Made by a program: the position numbers and the translations under genes
Part shown: in pieces, positions 42,801-52,882 of the stretch
Numbering within the stretch: the first letter of the stretch is position 1
Layout: each line of letters starts with the position of its first letter
DNA from: Candidatus Latescibacterota bacterium
GTDB lineage: Bacteria > Krumholzibacteriota > Krumholzibacteriia > WVZY01
DNA: 64,000 bases
Direction: 5' to 3'
Assembly: GCA_963791045.1 (NCBI GenBank)
Contig: CAWBQK010000010.1
Coordinates: 1 to 64,000, forward strand
The notes under the pieces: generated by a model
The model's database searches: none
What the model saw: only the letters and a program-made list of their open reading frames with translations
Told to the model about the DNA's origin: nothing

Positions 42801-45800
42801 GCGCGCCGGCCTGGCCCGACACGGTTAAGTCCACGGTCGCGACACCGGACGAATTCGTGCTCGTGATCCCGCCGTCGGACAGCGATGCGGTTCCATCCGG
42901 AGCGAGTGTAATCGTGAATACGACGGGTTCACCGGATACGGGATTCCCGTACTGGTCCGTGACCGTCACCGCGAGCGGCTGAACCTGCCCGACGGGGACC
43001 AACGTACTGTCTCCGGACGTGATGGTTACCTCGTAGGCCGTTGCGGGCACAATCGTGATCGTTGTGCTTGTATCTGCCGGCTCTCCGCCGCCCGTACTCA
43101 CAGTGAGGCCGGTCTGTTCGACAACATCATCGCTTACCGATGTTGTAAACGCGCCGTTCGTTAGTTGTCCCGAGGGCGGGCTAAAAACGGGGTTCCCCGT
43201 CGTGCTTCCGAATACGACGGTGGTAGCGTCATCGTCGACGGGGTTGTTGTTTGTATCGTAGGCCTGAACGGTCACGTTGACCGATTCGCCGGCGGTCCAC
43301 GTGGTCTTGTTCGGACTGAATGTGAAGAGATAATAAGAAATCGCCGTACTCGCCTGCGTGGTCACATCGAATTCGACCGCGTCGGTATAGGTGCCGTTGT
43401 CGAAGTTTGCGCGGACGCGGTTGAGACCAACGGTTGATCCCGTCGTGAGAACCGTCGAGACCAGGCCGTTTACGTCGCTCGTATCGGAGTCCGGCGCAAC
43501 CGAGGCTCCGCCCGGATTCTGGATGACCGAGAACGACACGGTCTGGCCCTGAACGTTGTTGTCGTAAATATCCCGTACTTCCGCCTCGAGAGGAGGCGTA
43601 TCGTTTCCAGCAATGATTCCCGTAAGTGGATCCGTGATTCGCGAGAGATGGTGGGCAATATTGGGCGACACTGTGACGGTGCCGCTGTACCCCGGCGATC
43701 CCGGTGCGCCGGAGACGCGAACCTTCATCGTCCTCGCTTTGTTGTACGTTTCGCCGACGGCGGCCTGACCCGACATGAGCGTCGCGCTCCGAACCGTCAG
43801 CTGTTCTCCGGCGGGAAGCTCGGCCTGTGTCCCCGCGTCCACAGCGTCGAGATCAATCGCGCTGTTCGCCCCGAGAACAGTATTGCCGTACTGATCTTTC
43901 GCGGTGACATTCACAACGAACGGATTACCGGCTACGACACTTACCACCGTGTTCACCACATACGTGGAGATGGTACCCGTATCGGTGATTTGAATCGTTT
44001 CATCGCCGGACCCAAGCACACTGCCGTCGTCCTCCGCCAAAAAGTCCCACGTGCCCGTAATAAATCCGCGCGCGTAGACGGTGACCTGTCCGCCGCTCAA
44101 CACGAACTGCGTTGTCGGGGTTCCAAAATCCGAGGCGCTGAATACGAGACCGCTTCCCGATTCGGGGACGATGTTGACGGTACTCGTGTTGGCACCGTCA
44201 AGATTTCCCGTCCCGTCAACCGCCTCGACAAGAAACGAAAACGTCTGACCGGCGTTCTGGGGGTCGGGCGTCGGTCCCGTGATCCGCAGAAGCGTCGCCT
44301 GTCCAACAACACTCGTGAACGTGACCGGGCTCACCGCGGCGGTGGCCTGATCGCCAAAGGCATCGATCGTATCTGACTGACCCGCGGTGGCCGGCGCCTC
44401 ATAGAGCACCGATATCTGGCCATTCGAATCGGTCAAACCGTTTTGGAGCGTAGGGCCGCCACTGGTCGGGTTGGTCGATCCGGGGTCGGATTTGAGAGAA
44501 CCCTGGGCAATATCGGAAATAAAAATCGAGACCTGTTTGTTCGGAACCGCGTTTCCATACGTATCAACGAGCGTCGCCTCGACGGGCGGAGCATCCGTCT
44601 CGACGGTGACATTCTGGCTCGCGGGGGTGAGCGTGATCTGGGTTCCCGCCCCCGGCGTACCCGTCGCACCGAATAGCACATCGACGGCAGGCGAACCGGT
44701 CAAATAAGCGGTCGCCGTATTGGAGCCGGTCGTCGTGCCCAGTCGCCAATCCTGGCAGGTTGCTTCACCCAGAATGTTCGTCGTCGCCTCGTTCTCGACG
44801 GGGCCGCCCGAAATGACATCGATTAAACCGCCGCCCGACACGACTTCAAACGTCACCGACGCGCCGTCGACGAGGTTGTCGTAGTCATCCTTGACACGGA
44901 CGACGAGATCGTTCGCGACGAACTGGTTGACCACGGCGGCTTGAGTGTTACCCGAGACGATTTCGATTTGCTTCTCCGGACCATTGTCGACGACGATGGA
45001 CCCCGAATTGTCCGACACGGGACCACTCTCCGCACCGAGCGTAATCGTCTCCTTTTTGAAGACCGTCACGTTCAAGACAGCGTTCCCGCCATCGAGCGGA
45101 TCGAATGTGTAGAATTTGCCGCCGCCATCCAGTCCAATTGTCCCCGACCCCGAACCTTCGGACCAGTTCCCCTCCGTCCCCGTCGTCGTTGTCGACACGT
45201 AGACTTTTCCCGCGTAATCGGTAATCACGTTTTCTTCCGCATCCCGGGCCTCGAGCGTCACCGGCTCGGGCGTTCCCGCCACGGCGTTCCCATCCACCGT
45301 CCACACAAACGTCGCCACCGCACCCGGCGTAAAATCGATCTCGACCGTGCCGGTGATCGGCGTTCCGTCGATCGTCGCGCTTACAGTCCTCGGACCGGTC
45401 GTCGTGCTCGCGAGGCGGCCCGTCGTCGTCCCGTCGACGCCGGTCAGCGTGGTCGGCTGCGTGAGAATCGCGCCGTCACCCGGCGGGTTGATCGAAAGCA
45501 CAACGAGCGCGCCTTCGATCAAGTTGTCGAATTCGTCTTTTGCCGTGATTGTGATGATGCTCTCGTCGGAGCCGTTCGCTTCGACCGAAAGCGGATTGGC
45601 CGCAATCTCGCTCAAATCCGGGTCCGCCGCGCCCGCGATGAACGCAACCGTCGCGCTGTCCGCGATCTCCACACCGTTCGCCGTTGCTCCCACCTTGACC
45701 ATCTCGGCCTTTGTGTTCCGTACAATTCCCTGGGCCTGGCCCGTCGGATCCGTCGGAGCCGGCGGGTTCACGGGGAGCGCACTTCCCGTCACACCGAGCG

Positions 45801-47188
45801 ACACGCTGGCGCCGGATACAGGGTTTCCGAATTCATCCCTCACGATCACGCTTACGGGGCTTTGATCAACGCCGTCCGCGACCGCTTCCGGATCGGTCGT
45901 CATGACCGTGGACATAGTCGAATGGACGGAGGCCGCATCGACCATCACGGTCGTCGTGCCGCTCAAGCCCGGCAGGAGTCCGTCGTCGGTGAGCATGATC
46001 ACGCGATGCGGCTCGTTCGCGTTCGTGTCCGTATTACGGTAGTCGATCACGGCGGTCTGGTCACCCGTATTCATCTGCAGAACCGCAACCGGGGTCGTGT
46101 GATCCGACGGAAGATAAAACTGACCCGAGGAAGACTCTTCCGGAGCGGGCGAAATTTCGGAAGCGTCTGCGGTGGGGGATGACGACAACAGGACCTGGCG
46201 GTTCTGCGTCAGGTTCGTTGGATTTCCATAGGCATCGACGACATCGATCGTGTAGGACAAAAATTGTCCCGCCGTGAATGTTGCGCCGTTGGGAGAAAGG
46301 ATGAGTCTTGCCGGCGGCCCCGGAATTACCGACTGCATCTGGGTCGCGTCTCCCCAGGATTGACCATTCGCTGAAGCGGTCAGGACGGGAGAACCCGGGA
46401 TCGTATCCGCATAGAAAAACGACACACCCGAAACCCCTGCCGGCATCAAAACACTGGTGATCGGCGCGCCTTCGCTCGTCGCGGCAAAAGAACCTGTTCC
46501 CGATGTCGACGAGAGGTCGATCCACTGACCGCTCGCCATTTCGCTCACGTTTCCATACACATCGCGGGCTTCAACGTAGATCGGTCCGCCCTCGCCGGTT
46601 GTCGCAAACACAAAGGCCGTGCTTGTAAACACGAGTTCGACGGCCGGCCCGCCTTTGAGATTGATCGTCGGCATATCGTTAATCGGAGACACCGCGACGC
46701 CCGTCGGGTCGCTTTCCACAACAAACGCGACCGCTGGATTTGCCGCCGTTGGCGGGGTAACGCGTGCACCCGGATTGGCGCCGCCACTGTCGTCGCCATA
46801 GACGATGGTGATAAGTTTGGGTTCGGGAAGGTCGTCGATGCCGATTGTCAAAATCTGCCCGGAAACCGACGGAGTCAATACGGCGCCGTGATCGCTGCTG
46901 ACGGTGACATAACCCGTTGAGGCGGGGTTTGTGACCTGTGGTGGCGCCCAACCGGCGGGAAACGTTACGGCAATGGTCCCGTTCGTGAAGTTATCGTCGG
47001 GATCATAAACAATCGTCCACGTCCCCGGCGTGATCAACAACGCCCGAGTCCGGCGTTATTGTCGCATCGCCGCTCCCGGGCCCGATCAATCCCGCGATCG
47101 CGGGCGCCGTGTTGCCGAGGAGAAAGAATGCAAAGGGGATAAGTATCAACAAACCGCGTAGTGGTCTAATAGCACGCAATTGAATCAC
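36862..47188 (-). CDS. Giant secreted invasin/Big_1 Ig-repeat surface protein with FlgD-Ig/T9SS-like C-terminal domain (~3,400 aa; frameshifted)
   Basis: Signal peptide from GTG 47188. Many 'V.D.YGN.V.G..V.F' and 'ADG/ANG' Big_1 repeats. C-terminal 'NYPNPF...IRVYDLRG..V...WDGRN..G..V.NG.Y'. Frameshifts near 47040 and 40990-41320 join ORFs 47003-47320, 41290-47040 and 36862-40965. Confidence 0.85.
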
Positions 47189-47259
47189 CGTATTGGTTAC
47201 AGGCCTTCGATTCCAATTACAAATCGGATGGAGATTATAGCACGAACCCGTCAACAAGC

Positions 47260-47275
47260 TGCAAAATGCGTGCCT
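47260..47275 (-). promoter_or_regulatory. sigma54-type -24/-12 promoter of the giant-protein operon
   Basis: Minus strand AGGCACGCATTTTGCA (GG-N10-GC), about 70 nt before the start codon. An extended -10 'TGCTATAAT' lies just downstream. Confidence 0.6.
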
Positions 47276-47581
47276 TAGTTCCGGGTGGGCGCCGAGCAGG
47301 ACTTTCTCGCGCAAAATCAACGGGTTCCGTCGCCGATCGACCCCGATTTTGCACGATCGGGCCGTTTATCCGGGTGTAATCCCCCAACCGATAGCGAAAT
47401 TGCAATGAAAACGGGAAGTTAGACCCACCGGGGCCCCCTGGATCGGGCAAACCCGACCCGCGGGCTAGCATAACCCTAACCTATTGGCAAAAAATATTTT
47501 ACGCTGGAATTATTCTTGCGGATTCTGTCAGCCGGAACCCCATCCCTGAGATAGCCGGACGAGAAACAATCCCGTGACGCG

Positions 47582-47594
47582 TAACATGTTGATA
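47582..47594. promoter_or_regulatory. IHF-consensus site
   Basis: TAACATGTTGATA, whose reverse complement TATCAACATGTTA matches WATCAANNNNTTR. A related site lies at 47477-47501. Confidence 0.45.
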
Positions 47595-47601
47595 TATAAT
47601 A

Positions 47602-47985
47602 CTATCGAGGCCGAACCCGAACGACCGAGTTTTCCCCGGAGAAACCGTCTTCGACCGTCTCCGGATTGCTCGGATCCGATGTCCATTCGGTGCCGTTCAC
47701 AACGAATTTGTACTCGTAGACCCCTGGGGGGAGGTTGTAGTACAACGTCCATTGTCCATCGCCATTCTCGTCGACCATCGGGTCGGCGGTTGGTGACCAG
47801 TTGTTGAAATCGCCGACGATATAGACCTTTTTTGCATCCTGGTCGAAATACCGGAAAATCACTCCGTCCTCGACGATTTCAGGGCCCGCACCAATGCCCC
47901 CACCTTTCGAGCCGCCGAAGCAACCGGCGAGCGCAAAAGACAGGAATACAACGCCAAACACCAATCTCGTATGTTTAATACTCAT
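47602..47985 (-). CDS. CBM48 / AMPK-beta glycogen-binding-domain lipoprotein
   Basis: Lipobox 'LAGC', 'VYIVGDFNNW' and 'G.YEYKFVVNG..W..DP.NP...DG....NSV'. Confidence 0.88.
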   Translation of the reverse strand: MSIKHTRLVFGVVFLSFALAGCFGGSKGGGIGAGPEIVEDGVIFRYFDQDAKKVYIVGDFNNWSPTADPMVDENGDGQWTLYYNLPPGVYEYKFVVNGTEWTSDPSNPETVEDGFSGENSVVRVRPR

Positions 47986-47992
47986 AAGTAGT

Positions 47993-48433
47993 TTACCGGA
48001 TTTCCAGCCGGTCGCTGTCGGAGTACAAAATGACCTGCGAACACGTGCCTGTCGGGCCACCGGATACCTCTTCAGGCACCCCCGGATCAAGATGCCACGT
48101 GTTTTCGTCCACCCAAAACAAATATTTGTACCGCCCTGCCGGCAACGCAACGGATATTTCCCAGATACCGTCGCTATCCTCATCCTTCATCAAACCGATA
48201 TTGGCCTCCCCGGCGCTGCCGTCTCCTCTCGCCCAGTTATTCTCGGGCCAGTTACCGGCGAGCTGAACCCTTCGCGCCGACGGAGAGTAGAACCGGAATA
48301 CGATTTCACCCTCCTTGACGGCGGGTCCCGCGCTCAGACTTCGGGGGGCGATATATCCGCAACCGGCCATCGTGCAGATCAGCACGGCGGCGATGATCAA
48401 ACCTGTTATTGCCCGTATACGGAGCATCATCAT
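47993..48433 (-). CDS. CBM48-like glycogen-binding-domain lipoprotein
   Basis: Lipobox 'MAGC', 'VQLAGNW..NNW' and 'GIWEI...LPAGRYKYLFWVD..W..DP'. Confidence 0.82.
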   Translation of the reverse strand: MMMLRIRAITGLIIAAVLICTMAGCGYIAPRSLSAGPAVKEGEIVFRFYSPSARRVQLAGNWPENNWARGDGSAGEANIGLMKDEDSDGIWEISVALPAGRYKYLFWVDENTWHLDPGVPEEVSGGPTGTCSQVILYSDSDRLEIR

Positions 48434-48443
48434 TCGGATTGTC

Positions 48444-50477
48444 CTAGAAGAACACGATCACTTCAAGTTTTAACACCCTGTTGTCCTGAAGGGATTCCTC
48501 CTGGCGGTGAATTCCCTCGCCCAGAACCGCCGCGTCGGCACGTCCCACCCCCACAGGAATCGCCTGACGAAGATGTTCAAGACGGCCGATATCGGAATAC
48601 TCGTTGATCACCGGATCGAGTACCACGGGATCGAACCCAAACCCCACACTTGCTTCCACCCAGTCCCTCCGGTACCCGGCTTCAAGGTAGAGCGAATAAA
48701 ATGTTTTGTTGAGCGACCACGAGTCTTTGTCGTAAACGGCAATTCGCGAGTCGAGCTGACCGTAGATATATTTGTAGATCCGATGATCCACCACCGCCCG
48801 GAGATCCGCGTATTCGACACCACCAAAAAATTCCCGCATCACCAGTGCGCCGCTCGCAAATACGGAGGTCCGCGCCGCGTCGGGAATTCGCGACAACCGC
48901 GACAACACGCGCTCGTTCCATACAAACGCGCCCCCAAACTGGGTGCTTCGCGGGTTATCGAACACGACCATATTCTCCACGGTCAATTTGTCGCGGTAGT
49001 CGAGCCAGAAGTTTCTCGCGGGCGTGAAGAAGTGGAAATCATCGGGCGTGGCGCCGTAGTCCTGATCGAGATATCCAAGTCTCGCTGTTGCTTTCCATTC
49101 GTCCGCGCCATACTCGAGGTCAACGCCCGTCGTTTGAATCGTTGCATCCGCGGGCTCGTACAAACCCGCTTTAAATTCGAAACGGCTCCACGAGTAATAC
49201 GCGCGCGCCGTCCACCGCGATTTTTCGTATTCGAGCGCTCCATGCCAGCGCTTGCTCGTCTGCATTGGAATCTTCTTGTCCGACGGGTCGGTATTTTGAC
49301 CGACCGAAATGTCACTACCCGAAACGGAAACCGGGTATGTCGACACCGCGTCGGTCCGGACATCGGCCGTCGCCCTTCCCAGCCCAGCAACGGCGGCGAG
49401 ATGCGACAAAAACCTCCAACGGAGCCACACTACGTCGGCGCCCCAGAATTCACGCGTTGTGTATGCCGTCGCCACGCCACCCGAATCGCCTTGTTCAACC
49501 GAGGCCAGTGTCCCCGGTTGAAATCCCTGGTTACCGCGTTTGACATATCCGAGCTTGAAACTCCCCAGGTCGGCAAATACTTCGAACCCCCACGTATCCA
49601 TCCCGCCAAATGTATTTTCGTAACCGTACACCGGCTTATCGCTCTCGCCCGCCAACTCTGTCGAATCGACGGCAACGGGCGGACCGGGACGCGTGCCGAT
49701 CTTGTCGGTGTAGAGCGCGCTGAATTCGACGTTCAACGGGAGCGGCAGCACCGCGGCGACACCGTGGCGTTCGTATCCGGCGTTGTAATCGAACACGCCG
49801 ACTTTTCCAAAAAGGTTAAACGGGTCGGACGATGTCCAGGTGGTGTCGTTTTCGAACCCCCTCACAACCTTGTCGTCAAAATGGAGGTCGATGAACCCGC
49901 GATCGAAATCGACCTGCGCTTTCAATGGCGAGAGACTCCACGAATCGTTCAACGTCTTGAAGTCGACGCTCGCGTCAATCCGCTTGCTCGAATGTTTAAA
50001 TATAAAATCGATCCGCTGGTCGGAACTGGTAGCACCGTCATCGAGCAAAAACGCCCCCGCATACCGAAGGTGCGGTTGAAGCACCGCGACGACTTCTTTC
50101 TCTACCTCCTCGGTCGACCCGAACGCAAGCATCCCACCCCGCTCTTCGAGAACCAGCACGGATCCCTTGGCCGCGTCCACCGGCGGGTTGTCGGGATCCA
50201 CGACCCACTCCCCATCGACCACAAACTTGTAACGGTAGGTTCCCGCGAGAAGAAACAGATACACCGAGTACTTTCCGTCGACCACTTCCATTTTTTCCAG
50301 CGTGGGGTTCCAATTGTTGAAATCCCCAACAAGGAAGACGTTCTTCGCTTGGGGCGCATCGAGCGTGAAAATAACTTCATCATCGACAATACGAACCGCC
50401 GCTCCGGACGTGCCGGCAATCATAACCGCCGCGAGCACGCAGACGATGAGGCATATGCAACCGGGCCGCTTTCTCAA
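48444..50477 (-). CDS. CBM48 domain fused to a large outer-membrane beta-barrel
   Basis: Signal peptide, 'VFLVGDFNNW..YRYKFVVDGEWVVDPDNP', then about 550 aa of amphipathic strands ending in Phe. Confidence 0.75.
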   Translation of the reverse strand: MRKRPGCICLIVCVLAAVMIAGTSGAAVRIVDDEVIFTLDAPQAKNVFLVGDFNNWNPTLEKMEVVDGKYSVYLFLLAGTYRYKFVVDGEWVVDPDNPPVDAAKGSVLVLEERGGMLAFGSTEEVEKEVVAVLQPHLRYAGAFLLDDGATSSDQRIDFIFKHSSKRIDASVDFKTLNDSWSLSPLKAQVDFDRGFIDLHFDDKVVRGFENDTTWTSSDPFNLFGKVGVFDYNAGYERHGVAAVLPLPLNVEFSALYTDKIGTRPGPPVAVDSTELAGESDKPVYGYENTFGGMDTWGFEVFADLGSFKLGYVKRGNQGFQPGTLASVEQGDSGGVATAYTTREFWGADVVWLRWRFLSHLAAVAGLGRATADVRTDAVSTYPVSVSGSDISVGQNTDPSDKKIPMQTSKRWHGALEYEKSRWTARAYYSWSRFEFKAGLYEPADATIQTTGVDLEYGADEWKATARLGYLDQDYGATPDDFHFFTPARNFWLDYRDKLTVENMVVFDNPRSTQFGGAFVWNERVLSRLSRIPDAARTSVFASGALVMREFFGGVEYADLRAVVDHRIYKYIYGQLDSRIAVYDKDSWSLNKTFYSLYLEAGYRRDWVEASVGFGFDPVVLDPVINEYSDIGRLEHLRQAIPVGVGRADAAVLGEGIHRQEESLQDNRVLKLEVIVFF

Positions 50478-51967
50478 AAATCACCCCGGAGTGTAATAAC
50501 CCACTGCGAAGACCCCGAACGGAGCACGCCAAGATCCCGGTCCTCGAGAACGAACGGATCATCCCCGAAGTACGAGCGTCCATACCCGACGTACGCAAAT
50601 ATGCGGTTGCTTGGCCGGTACTCGAGACGGAAGAACGTCGCCTGAGAGACTGTAAAATCCCGACTGAGAAGAAACCGCCAGTGCAGTCCCCAATCCGGCG
50701 TAATGACCATCTTGCCGTCCCACGCAAACAACCGTTCGGAATAAACCGTGTCGAGATCCTTCCACATGATATGGGCGCCGGTATGAAGTTTCTTAATCCG
50801 GTAACGCACGGCGCCGTGAACGTAGTTCTTTTTGGTTTCGATGGGCTGTTCATCGATCCGCCCCACACCCCCCCTGAGGAAACATTCCATCCCGTTCTTC
50901 AGAGCCGTCCATGCGCCCGCTTCGACAAAATCTCTCTCTTCGTTTTCGAGCACGCTGCGGGCGCTCTTGTGATAGAGAAGGCGTCCGCTGACACTCACAT
51001 CGGTGGCGAGAAAATATGCCGCCGCCGTTTGCCCGACCTGCGACCCTCCCGGCATACCCAGGTCGCTCACAAACTCTTCGCCAACGGCCTCATACTTCCA
51101 AACGACACCCAGTCGCCCGGCATCGGTTACGGGTATCGATCTCAACCTGACTTCGGCAAACGCCGCGCCGCCGCGCGGGAGAACCTGGCTGAAGTTGGTG
51201 CCGTCGTACGCGCCCCAATCGAACGATCCACCGGGGAGAAAGAACCCCGAATCCTCGTATCCGGATTGTTGATATGACACCGAGACAAACGCGAGTTTCC
51301 ACGCCGAACTCAGCTCCGTCTTGATCAACGCGTGGTTAAGCGGACCATGAACACCGGGGTCATCCATAAGATACGACGCAGAGAACGATGCGAGTCTGTG
51401 CGAGTAGAGAGCCTTCAGATAAGAGGCGCTCCGCGCGTCGCCCGGATCGTCTCCAAAAAGAGAGTACAAACCGGTGATGTCGAAACCGGACCGGGTCTTT
51501 ATATCGACACGCGCACCGCGGTTGTCTCCCGATTCTCCCGCCCGGTCATCGTCGATAAGGGGCGTTGTAAAATCGCAAACAAAGAATCGCCGCTCGTTGG
51601 CGAAGAGGCGGATTCCGTAGTCCCACGTCTCGAGCTTCTGGCTCCACAGATAGTCGCCCTGTTCAAATCGAAATCGTTTTTGGGTGTCGTTGTCGCCCAC
51701 AAATCCCCAGTAACCTGCCCCCTTGAGATACAGGCTGCCGTAACGGGTTTCGAGCGCCTTGAGATCGAGCATCAAACGAGTCCGGTCGATCGCCGCCTGG
51801 GTGGTGGCGTTCCACGGATACGGGTTCGACTGTTCATCGAGTAACAGCTGATACTCGAACCGGCCGCCGAACTCAACATTTCCTAAACGCGCGGCCTCCT
51901 GCGCGCGGACGGCCGGCGGCGCGAGCGCGACGAGGAGAACCAGTATGGAGATACCCCTCCTTACCAC
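50474..51967 (-). CDS. Outer-membrane beta-barrel protein of unknown function
   Basis: Signal peptide (AxA), aromatic-rich alternating strands, and C-terminal 'WVITLRGDF'. Confidence 0.72.
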   Translation of the reverse strand: MVRRGISILVLLVALAPPAVRAQEAARLGNVEFGGRFEYQLLLDEQSNPYPWNATTQAAIDRTRLMLDLKALETRYGSLYLKGAGYWGFVGDNDTQKRFRFEQGDYLWSQKLETWDYGIRLFANERRFFVCDFTTPLIDDDRAGESGDNRGARVDIKTRSGFDITGLYSLFGDDPGDARSASYLKALYSHRLASFSASYLMDDPGVHGPLNHALIKTELSSAWKLAFVSVSYQQSGYEDSGFFLPGGSFDWGAYDGTNFSQVLPRGGAAFAEVRLRSIPVTDAGRLGVVWKYEAVGEEFVSDLGMPGGSQVGQTAAAYFLATDVSVSGRLLYHKSARSVLENEERDFVEAGAWTALKNGMECFLRGGVGRIDEQPIETKKNYVHGAVRYRIKKLHTGAHIMWKDLDTVYSERLFAWDGKMVITPDWGLHWRFLLSRDFTVSQATFFRLEYRPSNRIFAYVGYGRSYFGDDPFVLEDRDLGVLRSGSSQWVITLRGDF

Positions 51968-52869
51968 TCGCCCACCCCCTCTTCATCCAATTCCGGAAGC
52001 GATATCCCCACCGAAAAAAGATAGCTCAGCCCGAGCATGTCGTGCGATACGACACCGGCGTCGATTACAACGTTGGACACCTTGAGACCGATTCCGCCGG
52101 TGACGCTACCTTCGCGAAGACCGGACCGCAATCGCAGGAGCTTCCCCGCCTTGACTTCGATACCCAAGAGGTCACGCCACTTGCCGTCCTGTCCACGCTC
52201 GCGTTCATACACCATCGATACACGCCGGTCCCAATGATACGCGACGCCGATCGCGTGGACCATTTCGAGACTCGTCGGGCCGGCCCACGAGCCGCCTTCA
52301 CGTCCGTTGAGGGCGAAATCAAACTCGGGCTCACCGATGTTGCGAACCGTGTACCCGAAACCGATGACGGGAAAGGGCCGCAGGAGAACGGACAACACTC
52401 CGGAGACGGCGGTTTTCGAATCGGCTACACCGGGGTACGCGACATGGGTGACATCGATTGCGCCGCCAACCGAGAGCGAGGCGTCCTGCGACGTCCGTAT
52501 CAGATCGCGGCCGTAGGCCAGCGAAAAAAGGTCTTCGGAAGTTACTTCGGAGAGAGAGAATCGATGCCACGACAAACCAAACGCGCCGATTTTTGTCGGT
52601 ATCACGCCGGCGAGAAAATACTCGTTCAGGTCGGTCAATCCGTATGGCTGGGAAATTGTCGAGAGAACGCTCGCCGTCGGGATTTGCGTCAACCCCGCAG
52701 GGTTGTAGATGACGGCGCTCGCATCGTCCGCCACGCTGACAAACGCGCCGCCCATTGAGAACGCGCGGGAGGAAACATAGAGACGCTCGAAGTGGGCATC
52801 GGCCGTCACCGGCACGAGCACAGCCGCAAGGATAATCAGAAGAATGGTTGATCGCCGCCGAATTATCAA
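51961..52869 (-). CDS. PorV/PorP-like beta-barrel
   Basis: GGAG then TTG 52869, signal peptide, and 'SSRAFSMGGAFVSVADDASAVIYNPAGL'. Confidence 0.82.
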   Translation of the reverse strand: MIIRRRSTILLIILAAVLVPVTADAHFERLYVSSRAFSMGGAFVSVADDASAVIYNPAGLTQIPTASVLSTISQPYGLTDLNEYFLAGVIPTKIGAFGLSWHRFSLSEVTSEDLFSLAYGRDLIRTSQDASLSVGGAIDVTHVAYPGVADSKTAVSGVLSVLLRPFPVIGFGYTVRNIGEPEFDFALNGREGGSWAGPTSLEMVHAIGVAYHWDRRVSMVYERERGQDGKWRDLLGIEVKAGKLLRLRSGLREGSVTGGIGLKVSNVVIDAGVVSHDMLGLSYLFSVGISLPELDEEGVGEW

Positions 52870-52882
52870 CGTGTCACTCCGT

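Noticed and set aside
47477-47600. dif/Xer recombination site
   Set aside because: Lacks the XerD arm TTATGTTAAA and is better explained as IHF-like sites.
48507-50645. 712-aa plus-strand ORF, and similar long antisense ORFs (18433-19563, 33608-34966, 44941-46182)
   Set aside because: They are shadows of well-supported minus-strand genes in GC-rich DNA and show no recognisable motifs.
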